Assembly: GCA_963743015.1 (NCBI GenBank)
Contig: CAVUOD010000010.1
Span: 84,298 to 148,297, forward strand
Direction: 5' to 3'
DNA from: an uncultured Alphaproteobacteria bacterium
GTDB taxonomy: Bacteria > Pseudomonadota > Alphaproteobacteria > Rhizobiales > Kaistiaceae
DNA length: 64,000 nucleotides
Shown: in pieces, positions 10,766-19,285 of the stretch
How positions within the stretch are numbered: position 1 is the first letter of the stretch
Layout of the letters: every line of letters starts with the position of its first letter
Program-made: the position numbers and the translations under genes
Notes under the pieces: generated by a model
The model's database searches: none
Told to the model about the DNA's origin: nothing
What the model saw: the letters and a program-made list of their open reading frames with translations, nothing else

Positions 10766-10897
10766 AACAATCGGTTACACAGAACCGGCTTCTCTGAAAT
10801 ACGCGAGAGACGCTTGGCCCCTAGGGTCGCGGCCGGAGTTTGTTCCCCGGCGCCGTCCGGCGGATGGGCTCTGCCCGTCACCCACAGAGGAATCCCG

Positions 10898-11182
10898 ATG
10901 TTCAAGACCCGCCTGATCACCGCTGCCTCCGCCGTCGCCCTGTCGCTCGCCATGCTGTCGGCGCCGGCCTTCGCCGCGACCACCATGAAGCATCCCAAGC
11001 CGCCGATCCACAAGATGGTGGTCAAGAAGACGGTCCATCACACCTATGTCAGCGGCACGATCGCAAGCATCGACAAGGCCGCGGACATGATCACGCTGAA
11101 GAACGGCAAGACCTATCGCGTCAGCGCCAAGGCGCTCGCCAAGTTCAAGGTCGGGCAGCACGTCCGCCTGCGCATCGGCTGA
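10898..11182 (+). CDS. DUF1344 domain-containing small secreted protein
   Basis: Signal peptide MFKTRLITAASAVALSLAMLSAPAFA. C-terminal GTIASIDKAADMITLKNGKTYRV...KVGQHVRL pattern. Confidence 0.65.
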   Translation: MFKTRLITAASAVALSLAMLSAPAFAATTMKHPKPPIHKMVVKKTVHHTYVSGTIASIDKAADMITLKNGKTYRVSAKALAKFKVGQHVRLRIG

Positions 11183-11204
11183 TCCCTCCTGCGCCATGCT
11201 CGCT

Positions 11205-11236
11205 GCGGCCGTCCGCGAGGGCGGCCGCTTCTTTTT
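11205..11236 (+). terminator. rho-independent terminator
   Basis: GCGGCCG-N10-CGGCCGC stem followed by TTCTTTTT, 23 nt after the DUF1344 stop. Confidence 0.75.
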
Positions 11237-11297
11237 GACGGGGTGACAAACGCCGGCTCGCGCCGGGCCTTGCCGCAGGTGACGGCGCGTCAATGTC

Positions 11298-12170
11298 CTA
11301 GGCGGGCTTCCAGCGGACGTAGGTTTCGCTGCCCCGCTTGGTCAGTTCGATGCCGGGCAGCGCGCTGACCAGGTCGGTGATCGTGCGGTAGCCGTAGGTC
11401 TTGGCGGCAAAGCCGGGAATGGCGCGCGTCAGCCGGTTGCCGACCGTGCGCATGTGAGCGAGACCGTCGTCGCTCATGGCCGCATCGATCGCGTCCATCA
11501 CCTGCTCGATCGGCAGGTCGACCTTCGTTGCCTTGGTCGGCGGCGGCGTAGCCGGTGCGGCGACCTTCCTGGCCGGCGGCGGCGTCTCCGGTGCGGCGGC
11601 CTTCCTGGCCGGCGCCTTGCGGCGCCGGCGGGGCGGTCGGGCTTCGGCCGGCTCGGTTGCCGCCGGCGCGGCCGGTTTCCGCTCAGCCGGTTGCCGCTGC
11701 TTCGGCTCCGCTTTCCCGGCGGCCAGCAATGTGTCGCACTCGTAGAAACGGTCGAACTCGTCCTTGTAGGCCTTGGGTGCCTTCTTTGCGCCAAATCCGA
11801 AGACCGAGAGCGCACTGGCACGGATGCGCTCGGCCAGAGGCGTGAAGTCGCCGTCGCTGGAGGCGATGCAGATGCCGTCGAGCTGCCGCCCGTTCAGCAT
11901 GTCCATCGCCTCGATGACCAGCTTCATGTCGGTGGCGTTCTTGCCGCGCGTCAGCGGCGACACGTTCACCGCCGTCAGGGCAAAATCGTCGATATGCTTC
12001 ATCCACGACTTCATCTTGCCGCTCTTGAACTGGCCATAGATGCGGCGGATGGCGACGGTGCCGTGCTTCTCGGCCTCGCGCATGATCAGCGGCATGTAGG
12101 CCGCACTGATGTTGTCGCCGTCGATGAGGAGGGCAAGCTTGGTGGCGGCAGTCGCCGCGTTCTGGGTCAT
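11298..12170 (-). CDS. NYN (LabA/DUF88-like) domain protein with a Pro/Ala/Lys-rich linker and a C-terminal OST-HTH/LOTUS-like domain
   Basis: N-terminus LALLIDGDNIS...ICIASSDGDFTPL is the NYN nuclease fold signature. The C-terminus ...LAHMRTVGNRLTRAIPGFAAKTYGYRTITDLV resembles OST-HTH. Confidence 0.75.
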   Translation of the reverse strand: MTQNAATAATKLALLIDGDNISAAYMPLIMREAEKHGTVAIRRIYGQFKSGKMKSWMKHIDDFALTAVNVSPLTRGKNATDMKLVIEAMDMLNGRQLDGICIASSDGDFTPLAERIRASALSVFGFGAKKAPKAYKDEFDRFYECDTLLAAGKAEPKQRQPAERKPAAPAATEPAEARPPRRRRKAPARKAAAPETPPPARKVAAPATPPPTKATKVDLPIEQVMDAIDAAMSDDGLAHMRTVGNRLTRAIPGFAAKTYGYRTITDLVSALPGIELTKRGSETYVRWKPA

Positions 12171-12181
12171 TGCCTCGTCTC

Positions 12182-13561
12182 CTAGGCCGGGATCATGACG
12201 ATCACCCTGAGGCCGCCGAGCGGGCTATCGTCAAGGGTGATGTCGCCGCCGTGGTTGCGGGCGATGTCGCGGGCAATCGACAGGCCGAGGCCGGTGCCGC
12301 TCTCGTCGATGTTGCGCGCATCGTCGAGCCGGTAGAACGGCTTGAACACCGCCTGGCGTTCCTCCGCCGGGATGCCCGGCCCGTCGTCGTCGACGGTCAC
12401 CGTCAGCTTGCCCTCGGCGTGGCTGCCGGTGACCTCGATGCGCTTGCTGTGGCGCGCCGCATTGCCGACGAGATTGTCGATGCAGCGCTTGAAGGCCTGC
12501 GGCCGCACCCGCACCATCGGGTCGCCGGCATAGGAGACCTCGGTCGCATGGCCGGCAAGGCGCGCCTGGCGGCCGATCTCGTCGAGCATGACGGCGATGT
12601 CGGTCGTCACCGTGTCCTCGTCGCTGTCGCCGCGGGCAAAGGCGAGGTAGCCGTCGAGCATACGGTTCATATCGTCGACGTCCTTGCGCAGTTCCTCGGC
12701 GTCCGGCGAGTCCTCGAGCAAAGCGAGCTGCAGGCGGAAGCGGGTGAGGATCGTGCGCAAGTCGTGGCTGACGCCGGCGAGCATGGCGGTGCGCTGGTCG
12801 ATCTGCCGCTCGACGCGCTCCTTCATGTGGTGGAAGGCGATCGTTGCCTGGCGCACCTCGCGGGCGCCGCGCGGCGGAAAGCCGGGCACGGCGCGGCCCT
12901 TGCCGAAAGCGTCGACCGCCGCCGTCAGGCGCAGGATCGGACGGATCTGGTTGCGCAGGAAGATGATGGCGATGGCGAGCAGCACCACCGAGGTCGCCAC
13001 CATCCACCAGATGAAGATGAGCGAATTGGAGACGTAGGCCTGGGCGCGCGGGGCGAAGACGCGCAGCACGTTGTGGTCGAGCTGGATGCGGATCTCGATC
13101 AGGCTCGAGCGGCCGACGGTGTCGATCCAGAACGGCTTGCCGATCTTGCTCGAGATCTCCTGGCTGAGCACCCGGTCGAGCGGCGAGAAGAACGGCTTGG
13201 GGCCGGCCGCCGGCAGCGGCTGGGGCGGCAGCACGGCGATGTTGAGGCCCATGCGCTCATTGGCGATGCGGGTGATGGTCTTGAAGTCGGCATCCTGCGG
13301 ATAGCTGTCGAGGATGTCGACGATGGCGGCGATCTCGCCGACCACGGTGGAGGAGAGCTGGGCGGTGACCAGCTGCCAGTGGCGCTCCATGAAGACGAAG
13401 GCGACCAGCGCCTGGAGCAGCACGGTCGGGGCGATGATGATGATCAGCGCCCGGGCGAACAGGCCCTTGGGCAGGATCGCGTTGATCCCCCGGGTCAGCC
13501 GTCGCCAGCGGGCGCGCAGGCCGCGCGCCGCAGGTGCCGGAGCGTCGACTGTCGTCGCCAT
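12182..13561 (-). CDS. EnvZ-like sensor histidine kinase (possibly CenK-type)
   Basis: Two TM segments, a HAMP region, an H-box LAGVSHDLRTIL, and N/G boxes NLVGNAARH and GTGLGLSIARDIARNHGG. Confidence 0.85.
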   Translation of the reverse strand: MATTVDAPAPAARGLRARWRRLTRGINAILPKGLFARALIIIIAPTVLLQALVAFVFMERHWQLVTAQLSSTVVGEIAAIVDILDSYPQDADFKTITRIANERMGLNIAVLPPQPLPAAGPKPFFSPLDRVLSQEISSKIGKPFWIDTVGRSSLIEIRIQLDHNVLRVFAPRAQAYVSNSLIFIWWMVATSVVLLAIAIIFLRNQIRPILRLTAAVDAFGKGRAVPGFPPRGAREVRQATIAFHHMKERVERQIDQRTAMLAGVSHDLRTILTRFRLQLALLEDSPDAEELRKDVDDMNRMLDGYLAFARGDSDEDTVTTDIAVMLDEIGRQARLAGHATEVSYAGDPMVRVRPQAFKRCIDNLVGNAARHSKRIEVTGSHAEGKLTVTVDDDGPGIPAEERQAVFKPFYRLDDARNIDESGTGLGLSIARDIARNHGGDITLDDSPLGGLRVIVMIPA

Positions 13562-13572
13562 GCGCGGCGCGC

Positions 13573-14301
13573 CTATCCCGTGATGGCCAGCCGGTAGCCG
13601 ATCCCGCGCACGGTCTGCAGATAGAGCGGGTTGGCCGGGTCGGCTTCGATCTTGCGGCGCAGGCGGTTGATCTGCACGTCGACGGTGCGCTCGCCGGCCG
13701 GACCGCTGGTTACCATCAGCTTGTCGCGGCGCACGGTCTCGCCCGGCGTGGCGGCGAAGATCGCCAGGATCTGGCGCTCGCGCTCGGTCAGGTGAACCAC
13801 CTCGCTGCCGCGCTTCAGCTCCAGCTTCTCGCGATGGAAGGTGAACGGGCCGAAGCAGAGCTGCTCGATCAGCGGCCGGTCGGGCGGCGTGGTGCGCTTG
13901 AGGATGGCGTTGATCCTGAGCAGCAGCTCGCGCGGCTCGAAGGGCTTGGGCAGGTAGTCGTCGGCGCCGCTCTCCAGTCCGGCGATGCGGCTTTCGGTCT
14001 CCGAGCGCGCGGTCAGCATCAGCACCGGCACGTCGCTGGTCTCGCGCAGGCTCCTGACCAGCGTCATGCCGTCCTCGCCCGGCATCATCACGTCGACGAT
14101 CAGGAGATCGAAGGCGAGGCCGGCGAGGTGCTGGCGCGCTTCGACCGCGTTGCCGGCGATGGTGACGCGAAAGCCGCGATCGCCGAGATAACGCGAAAGA
14201 AGCGTGCGGATGCGGTTGTCGTCGTCGATGACGAGAATGTGGGGGGCGTCGTCGGCGACCGCGGGTGCAGGGTCGGCTGCTGCTTGGGTTGCTGCTTCCA
14301 T
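13573..14301 (-). CDS. OmpR-family response regulator (CenR/PetR-like)
   Basis: Receiver domain HILVIDDDNRIR...LLIVDVMMPGEDG...LMLTARSE...GADDYLPKPFEPREL, plus a winged-helix C-terminus ...VQTVRGIGYRL. Sits between a MarR gene and the kinase. Confidence 0.85.
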   Translation of the reverse strand: MEAATQAAADPAPAVADDAPHILVIDDDNRIRTLLSRYLGDRGFRVTIAGNAVEARQHLAGLAFDLLIVDVMMPGEDGMTLVRSLRETSDVPVLMLTARSETESRIAGLESGADDYLPKPFEPRELLLRINAILKRTTPPDRPLIEQLCFGPFTFHREKLELKRGSEVVHLTERERQILAIFAATPGETVRRDKLMVTSGPAGERTVDVQINRLRRKIEADPANPLYLQTVRGIGYRLAITG

Positions 14302-14320
14302 GGGCGGTGGCCTTGTCGTC

Positions 14321-14863
14321 TCACCGGTCGATCATGCGCGTGACCTTGTCACGCTCGTCGGGGCTGATCATCAGGCGCAGGAAGCGCTCGGCGCCCTCGC
14401 GTTGCACCGGCGTCAAGTTCTCCAGCGCTGCCGCGATACGCTTCACCTGCGGGTCGCGCAGGCGGGCGGCGAGCGCGCGCCCGGCTTCGGTCGGGAAGAG
14501 CAGGCGCTGGCGGCGGTCGACCGGGCCGGGGCGCTGCTCGATGAAGCCGGTGTCGACGAGCTGCTTGAGCACGCGGCCGAGGCTCTGCTTGGTGATCTTG
14601 AGGATGTCGAGCAGGTCGGCGACGCGGATGCCGGGATGGCGACTGACGAAATGGATGACGCGGTGGTGGGCGCGCCCGAAGCCGAGCGTGAGAAGGGCGG
14701 CGTCGGGATCGGAGATGAAATCGCGATAGGCGAAAAACAGAAGCTCGATGAAGAGGATCTCGGGCTGATCGGCGAGCGACAACGGCGCCACGACCGGCAG
14801 GCGCGAGGCTCCCTTCGGCCGTCGGGCCGGCGTATCGTCCGATTTGAAATTTACGTCAGCCAT
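14321..14863 (-). CDS. MarR family transcriptional regulator (PetP-like position)
   Basis: Winged HTH: VADLLDILKITKQSLGRVLKQLVDTGFIEQRPGPVDRRQRLL. Confidence 0.8.
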   Translation of the reverse strand: MADVNFKSDDTPARRPKGASRLPVVAPLSLADQPEILFIELLFFAYRDFISDPDAALLTLGFGRAHHRVIHFVSRHPGIRVADLLDILKITKQSLGRVLKQLVDTGFIEQRPGPVDRRQRLLFPTEAGRALAARLRDPQVKRIAAALENLTPVQREGAERFLRLMISPDERDKVTRMIDR

Positions 14864-14864
14864 G

Positions 14865-14893
14865 TTGACATATTTTACGCCGATTGGTACTCA
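14865..14893 (+). promoter_or_regulatory. candidate promoter TTGACA-N17-TACTCA, with a GTAC-TCA-GTAC palindrome, in the MarR/ilvE divergent region
   Basis: Read directly. The -10 is weak and the distance to the ilvE ATG is about 180 nt. Confidence 0.25.
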
Positions 14894-15072
14894 GTACAAG
14901 TCGCGGCCAATGACGCGAAGGCGTTCGCCGTCCCGGCGACCTGGACCAGCCGTTCCGCGGCACCATATCGGCGATTCCGGTGTGACGCAAAGAACGTCGC
15001 CCGCTTCGCCGACCCGCCCGATCCAACACAAGTGAGGCATCGCCTGAGGATGCCTCCGGGGAGGAAGACATC

Positions 15073-15972
15073 ATGGCTGCTCAGCCCTTCGACCAACGCG
15101 ACGGCGTCATCTGGATGGATGGCGAATTCGTCAAGTGGGCGGATGCCAAGGTCCACGTCCTGACCCACGCACTGCATTACGGCAGCGCCGTGTTCGAGGG
15201 CGAACGCGCCTATGGCGGAGAGATCTTCGAGCTTACCGCACACACCCAGCGGCTGCACGATTCGGCCAAGATGATCGGTTTCGAAGTTCCCTATTCGGTC
15301 GAGACCATCAACCAGGCCTGCAACGAACTGCTGGTGCGCGAAGGCCTCAAGGACGCCTATGTGCGCCCGATCGCCTATCGCGGCAGCGAGCAGATGGGTG
15401 TCGCCGCCCAGCAGACCAAGATCCACGTCTCGATCGCGGTGTGGGAGTGGCCCTCCTACTTCAAGCCGGAAGAGCGGCTGAAGGGCATCCGCCTCGACAT
15501 CGCCCGCTATCGCCGGCCCGACCCGGCAACCGAGCCGTCCAAGGCGAAGGCCGCCGGCCTCTACATGATCTGCACCATCTCCAAGCACGAAGCGGAGCGG
15601 AAGGGTTATGCCGACGCGCTGATGCTCGACTGGCGCGGCCAGGTCGCCGAGGCGACCGGCGCCAACGTCTTCTTCGTCAAGGACGGCGTCATCCATACGC
15701 CGACACCCGACTGCTTCCTCGACGGCATCACCCGCAAGTCGGTGATCAAGCTGGCCAAGAAGCGCGGCTACGAGGTGGTCGAGCGCGCCATCATGCCCGA
15801 CGAGATGGAAGGCTTCGAGCAGTGCTTCCTGACCGGCACGGCGGCGGAAGTGACACCGGTGTCGGAGATCGGCCCGCACAAGTTCAGCGTCGGCGAGATC
15901 ACCAAGACGCTGATGGAAGACTACGACGCGCTCGTCCGCCCCAAGCAGCGCGCCATGGCCGCCAACGGCTGA
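15073..15972 (+). CDS. ilvE: branched-chain amino acid aminotransferase
   Basis: 299 aa. IWMDGEFVKWADAKVHVLTHALHYGSAVFEGERAY... and ...GITRKSVI...TGTAAEVTPV are class IV aminotransferase motifs. Confidence 0.95.
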   Translation: MAAQPFDQRDGVIWMDGEFVKWADAKVHVLTHALHYGSAVFEGERAYGGEIFELTAHTQRLHDSAKMIGFEVPYSVETINQACNELLVREGLKDAYVRPIAYRGSEQMGVAAQQTKIHVSIAVWEWPSYFKPEERLKGIRLDIARYRRPDPATEPSKAKAAGLYMICTISKHEAERKGYADALMLDWRGQVAEATGANVFFVKDGVIHTPTPDCFLDGITRKSVIKLAKKRGYEVVERAIMPDEMEGFEQCFLTGTAAEVTPVSEIGPHKFSVGEITKTLMEDYDALVRPKQRAMAANG

Positions 15973-15983
15973 GCCTGCATCAC

Positions 15984-16014
15984 GCGCGCGCCGCGGCTTG
16001 CACGCGGCGCGCGC
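15984..16014 (+). terminator. GC-rich hairpin after ilvE (no U-tract)
   Basis: GCGCGCGCCGCG-GCTTGCA-CGCGGCGCGCGC, a perfect 12-bp stem 12 nt after the ilvE stop. Confidence 0.35.
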
Positions 16015-16064
16015 CGTGGCCAAGATATTCCCGCCCGGGATGCCAGTCGGGTGGGAAATCCGTC

Positions 16065-18710
16065 ATGGCGGACATCTTCATCAGCTACACGTCGAGCGAC
16101 CGCGACTGGGCGTTCTGGATTGCCCGTGAGCTCGATGCGCTCGGCCACGTGCCGCATATCCATGAATGGGAGATCAAGGGCGGCGACGACATCTATGCCT
16201 GGATGGAGAGCCGCCACGCCGCCGCCGACCATGTTCTGTGCGTCGTCTCCGACGACTATCTGAAGGCGCCCTATTCGACGCTCGAGCGCAACGCCGCCCT
16301 GTGGCAGGCGGTCGCCAAACGGCCGGGTTTCGTGCTGCTGGTCGCAGTCAAGCCCTGCCGCTTTCCGACGCTCGCCGACCATCTCCGCCGCTGCGAGCTG
16401 TTCGGCGTATCCGAAGAGGAAGCCCGCGAGCGCTTCCGCGCCTTCATGGCGAAGCCGGATGCGTCTCCGACGTCCTACTTTCCCGGCCAGGCGTTCGCCG
16501 TCTCCAACATTCCCATCCGCGTGCCGGCGCACTTCCTCGGCCGCGACGATTCGCTGGCGGCGATCGAGGCGGCCCTCGACCGCTACCAGGGCCGCGTCGC
16601 CATCACGGCGCTCCATGGCTTGCGCGGGGTGGGCAAGACGACGCTCGCCGCCGCCTATGCCGAGCGCCATCGCACAGACTATCGCGCTACCTGGTGGATA
16701 CGGGCGCAGACGGCGGAGGGCATGCGCGCCGATCTGGTCGGCCTCGGCGTTCGCCTCGGCTGGGTCACGGCGGACGAGAAGGAGGAGCCGGCGCTCGCCG
16801 TGGTCATGGAGCGGCTGCGGAACGAAGGCGAGGGACTGCTGCTCATCTACGACAACGCGGTCGATGCCAAGGCGCTGAAGGCCTATCTGCCGGCCGGCGG
16901 CCGGGCGCACGCGCTGGTCACGTCCAATGCGCCGGCCTGGCGCGGCGTCGCCGAACCAGTGGAGATCAGGCTGTGGCCGAAGGAGATCGGCGCCGACTAT
17001 CTGGTTGCGCGTACCGGCCGCGAGGACGAGCGCGCAGCGGCGGCAGCCCTGTCGGACGCGCTCGGCGGCCTGCCGCTGGCGCATGAGCAGGCGGCGGCCT
17101 ATTGCGAACGGCTCGACTTGTCGCTGGCCGAATACCAGAGGCGCTTTGCCGCCTCGCCGGCGAAGTTCCTCGACAACAGCCGCGATGCGCCGAGCGAGTA
17201 CCACGACGGTCTGACCGTGGCGAAGACCTTCGCGCTCGCCATCGAGGAAGCGGCGAAGCTTCATCCCGCCGCCGAGCCGCTGATTGTCCATGCCGCCTTT
17301 CTGGCGCCGGAACCGATCCCGCTGTTCCTGTTTTCAGAGGGGCGCGAGAAGCTCGACGAGCCGCTGGCTTTGGCGCTGGCCGACGACGACGGCCTTGACG
17401 AAGCGATTGCGGCGCTGCGCGCCTTCGCGCTGGTCGACCGCGAAACGATCCCCGATGAGCGCGATCCGTCGATCACCACGGAGTGCGTCCGCCTGCATCG
17501 CCTGGTGCGTCAGGTGGTGGCAGGGCGGCGGGAAGGCGACAGGCGCGAAAATGTTCGGCGTGCGTTGGTGAGGACGTTGGCAGCAGTTTATCCCGAATAC
17601 ATATGGCGCGATCCTGCGACATGGCCACGGGCGCGCCGGCTCGATGGGCTGGCCATCGGGTTGCTTGCTGGTGACGCTGCCCTACCTGACCAGGCAGAGG
17701 ATGCTGCTGCCTCTGCGCTTATCGGCGCCGGAAACTACAAGCAATTTGCCCTCGCAGCTTATGCGCAAGCGCGACCGCTCTATGAGCGCGCGCTGGCGAT
17801 CCGTGAGAAGGTGCTTGGCCCCGAGCATCCCAGCATCGCGAAAAGCCTCAACAGTCTTGCCTTCCTGCTGCGTGACCAGGGCGACCTTGGCGGCGCGCGA
17901 CCGCTGTTGGAACGTGCGCTGGCGATCGACGAAAAGGTGCTCGGCCCCGAGCATCTCTCCACGGCGCTGAGTCTTCACAACCTCGCCAGCCTGCTGCAGG
18001 ATCAGGGCGATCTCGCCGAAGCGCGACCGCTCAATGAGCGCGCGCTGGCGATCTACGAGAAGGCGTTGGGCCCCGAGCATCCCGACACAGCGGCAAGCCT
18101 CAACAACCTCGCCTTCCTGTTGCAGGATCAAGGCAACCTTGCCGACGCGCGACCGCTTCATGAGCGCGCGCTGGCAATTTGGGAGAAGGCGCTCGGCCCC
18201 GAGCATCCACATACGGCGACCAGCCTCAACAACCTTGCCATCCTGCTGCGGAGCCAGGGAGACCTCGCCGGGGCGCGATCGCTTTATGAGCGCGCGCTGG
18301 CGATACGCGAGAAGATGCTTGGCCCCGAGCATCCGGATACGGCGCTCAGCCTCAACAACCTTGCCTTCCTGCTGCGGGCCCAAGACGACCTTGCTCGGGC
18401 GCGACCGCTTTACGAGCGCGCGCTGGCAATTTGGGAGAAGGTGCTCGGCGCCGGGCATCCGCACACCAATCGCGGGCGTGGCAATCTGGCCAGTTTGATG
18501 CTTGCCGCCGATCAGCCGGCGCGGGCTCTCCCACTCGCCGAAGCCGCCCTTACCTCCCATGACAAGGCGCTGGGGGCGGATCACCCGTGGACCAAAGACT
18601 CCGCCCGCATCACTGCCGATGCGCTCGACGCCCTCGGCCGCGGCGATGAGGCGGCGGCGCTGCGCGAGCGCTACGCCCTGCAAGCGGACGAGGCCGGCAA
18701 GGCGACGTGA
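16065..18710 (+). CDS. TIR-NB-ARC-TPR STAND NTPase
   Basis: 881 aa starting at MADIFISYTSSDRDWAFW (TIR_2-like, with a candidate catalytic Glu in APYSTLERNAALW). NB-ARC motifs: Walker A GLRGVGKTTLAAAY, Walker B LLLIYDNA, and GGLPLAHEQAAAY (GLPL). Then about 7 kinesin-light-chain-type 42-aa TPRs. The upstream part of the 1191-aa track ORF overlaps ilvE and was discarded. Confidence 0.9.
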   Translation: MADIFISYTSSDRDWAFWIARELDALGHVPHIHEWEIKGGDDIYAWMESRHAAADHVLCVVSDDYLKAPYSTLERNAALWQAVAKRPGFVLLVAVKPCRFPTLADHLRRCELFGVSEEEARERFRAFMAKPDASPTSYFPGQAFAVSNIPIRVPAHFLGRDDSLAAIEAALDRYQGRVAITALHGLRGVGKTTLAAAYAERHRTDYRATWWIRAQTAEGMRADLVGLGVRLGWVTADEKEEPALAVVMERLRNEGEGLLLIYDNAVDAKALKAYLPAGGRAHALVTSNAPAWRGVAEPVEIRLWPKEIGADYLVARTGREDERAAAAALSDALGGLPLAHEQAAAYCERLDLSLAEYQRRFAASPAKFLDNSRDAPSEYHDGLTVAKTFALAIEEAAKLHPAAEPLIVHAAFLAPEPIPLFLFSEGREKLDEPLALALADDDGLDEAIAALRAFALVDRETIPDERDPSITTECVRLHRLVRQVVAGRREGDRRENVRRALVRTLAAVYPEYIWRDPATWPRARRLDGLAIGLLAGDAALPDQAEDAAASALIGAGNYKQFALAAYAQARPLYERALAIREKVLGPEHPSIAKSLNSLAFLLRDQGDLGGARPLLERALAIDEKVLGPEHLSTALSLHNLASLLQDQGDLAEARPLNERALAIYEKALGPEHPDTAASLNNLAFLLQDQGNLADARPLHERALAIWEKALGPEHPHTATSLNNLAILLRSQGDLAGARSLYERALAIREKMLGPEHPDTALSLNNLAFLLRAQDDLARARPLYERALAIWEKVLGAGHPHTNRGRGNLASLMLAADQPARALPLAEAALTSHDKALGADHPWTKDSARITADALDALGRGDEAAALRERYALQADEAGKAT
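17769..18524 (+). repeat. six tandem 126-bp units encoding 42-aa TPR repeats, inside the STAND gene
   Basis: GCGCGA(C/T)CGCT... unit starts at 17769, 17895, 18021, 18147, 18273 and 18399, an exact 126-bp period. Confidence 0.9.
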
Positions 18711-18736
18711 CGCGTTGTCTCCTGCACCCCCCACAA

Positions 18737-18764
18737 CAAAAAAGCCGCCGGTCTCCCGGCGGCT
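18737..18764 (-). terminator. rho-independent terminator of cspA
   Basis: The minus strand reads AGCCGCCGG-GAGA-CCGGCGGCT followed by TTTTTTG, 46 nt after the cspA stop. Confidence 0.8.
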
Positions 18765-18809
18765 ATCAGAAGTTTCCGAGCGGCGCCTGCGGGTCGCCGC
18801 TGGAAAGTG

Positions 18810-19025
18810 TCAGCCTACAATTTGCAGATCGACTGCCTTGGGCCCTTTGCCTCTCTCGTCCGGCTCGGTGTCGAAGGACACCTTCATGCCGTCCGTCAGG
18901 GGGCCAATGCCGGACCGCTCGACGGCAGTGACATGAACGAACACATCCTTGCCGCCGCCGTCCGGCGTGATGAAGCCGTATCCCTTAGAGGCGTTGAAGA
19001 ACTTGACGGTGCCATTCTGGCGCAT
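18810..19025 (-). CDS. cspA: cold-shock protein, CspA family
   Basis: 71 aa. GTVKFFNASKGYGFITPDGGGKDVFVHV carries the RNP1/RNP2 motifs. Confidence 0.95.
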   Translation of the reverse strand: MRQNGTVKFFNASKGYGFITPDGGGKDVFVHVTAVERSGIGPLTDGMKVSFDTEPDERGKGPKAVDLQIVG

Positions 19026-19285
19026 CGCATGACCTTTTCAGTTCAGTCTCCCGGATGCGGACGGCACGCGGTCCGGCGAGGTGGTCCCCGCCGGGCCTCG
19101 CGTCGCCCACGGACAAACTATGATCCAGTGGGGGGGAGAAAACAACGTCCGGCAGCGCCGCAGCCCCTGCGAGCCGGCTCAAGTGCCTGACGGCACGTGA
19201 TTTTTGTCCGGCGGCCGGACCCCGGCCAAGCGCTCCGCGGCGAAGCCGCGTGCGCCCGGCCGAGTGTTTTTGGCGCGTCTTGCGC

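Noticed and set aside
15135-16064. N-terminal 310 codons of the 1191-aa track ORF that would extend the TIR-STAND protein upstream.
   Set aside because: This part overlaps ilvE in another frame and translates to Arg/Pro-rich nonsense. The TIR domain begins exactly at the ATG at 16065.
17769-18524. Regular 126-bp repeats that could be mistaken for a CRISPR-like or satellite array.
   Set aside because: The units are contiguous with no spacers. They are in-frame and encode 42-aa TPR repeats of the STAND protein.
19026-19285. Long cspA 5' leader as a known cold-shock thermosensor RNA.
   Set aside because: I cannot recognise a defined Rfam-type structure by eye. It may simply be an untranslated leader.
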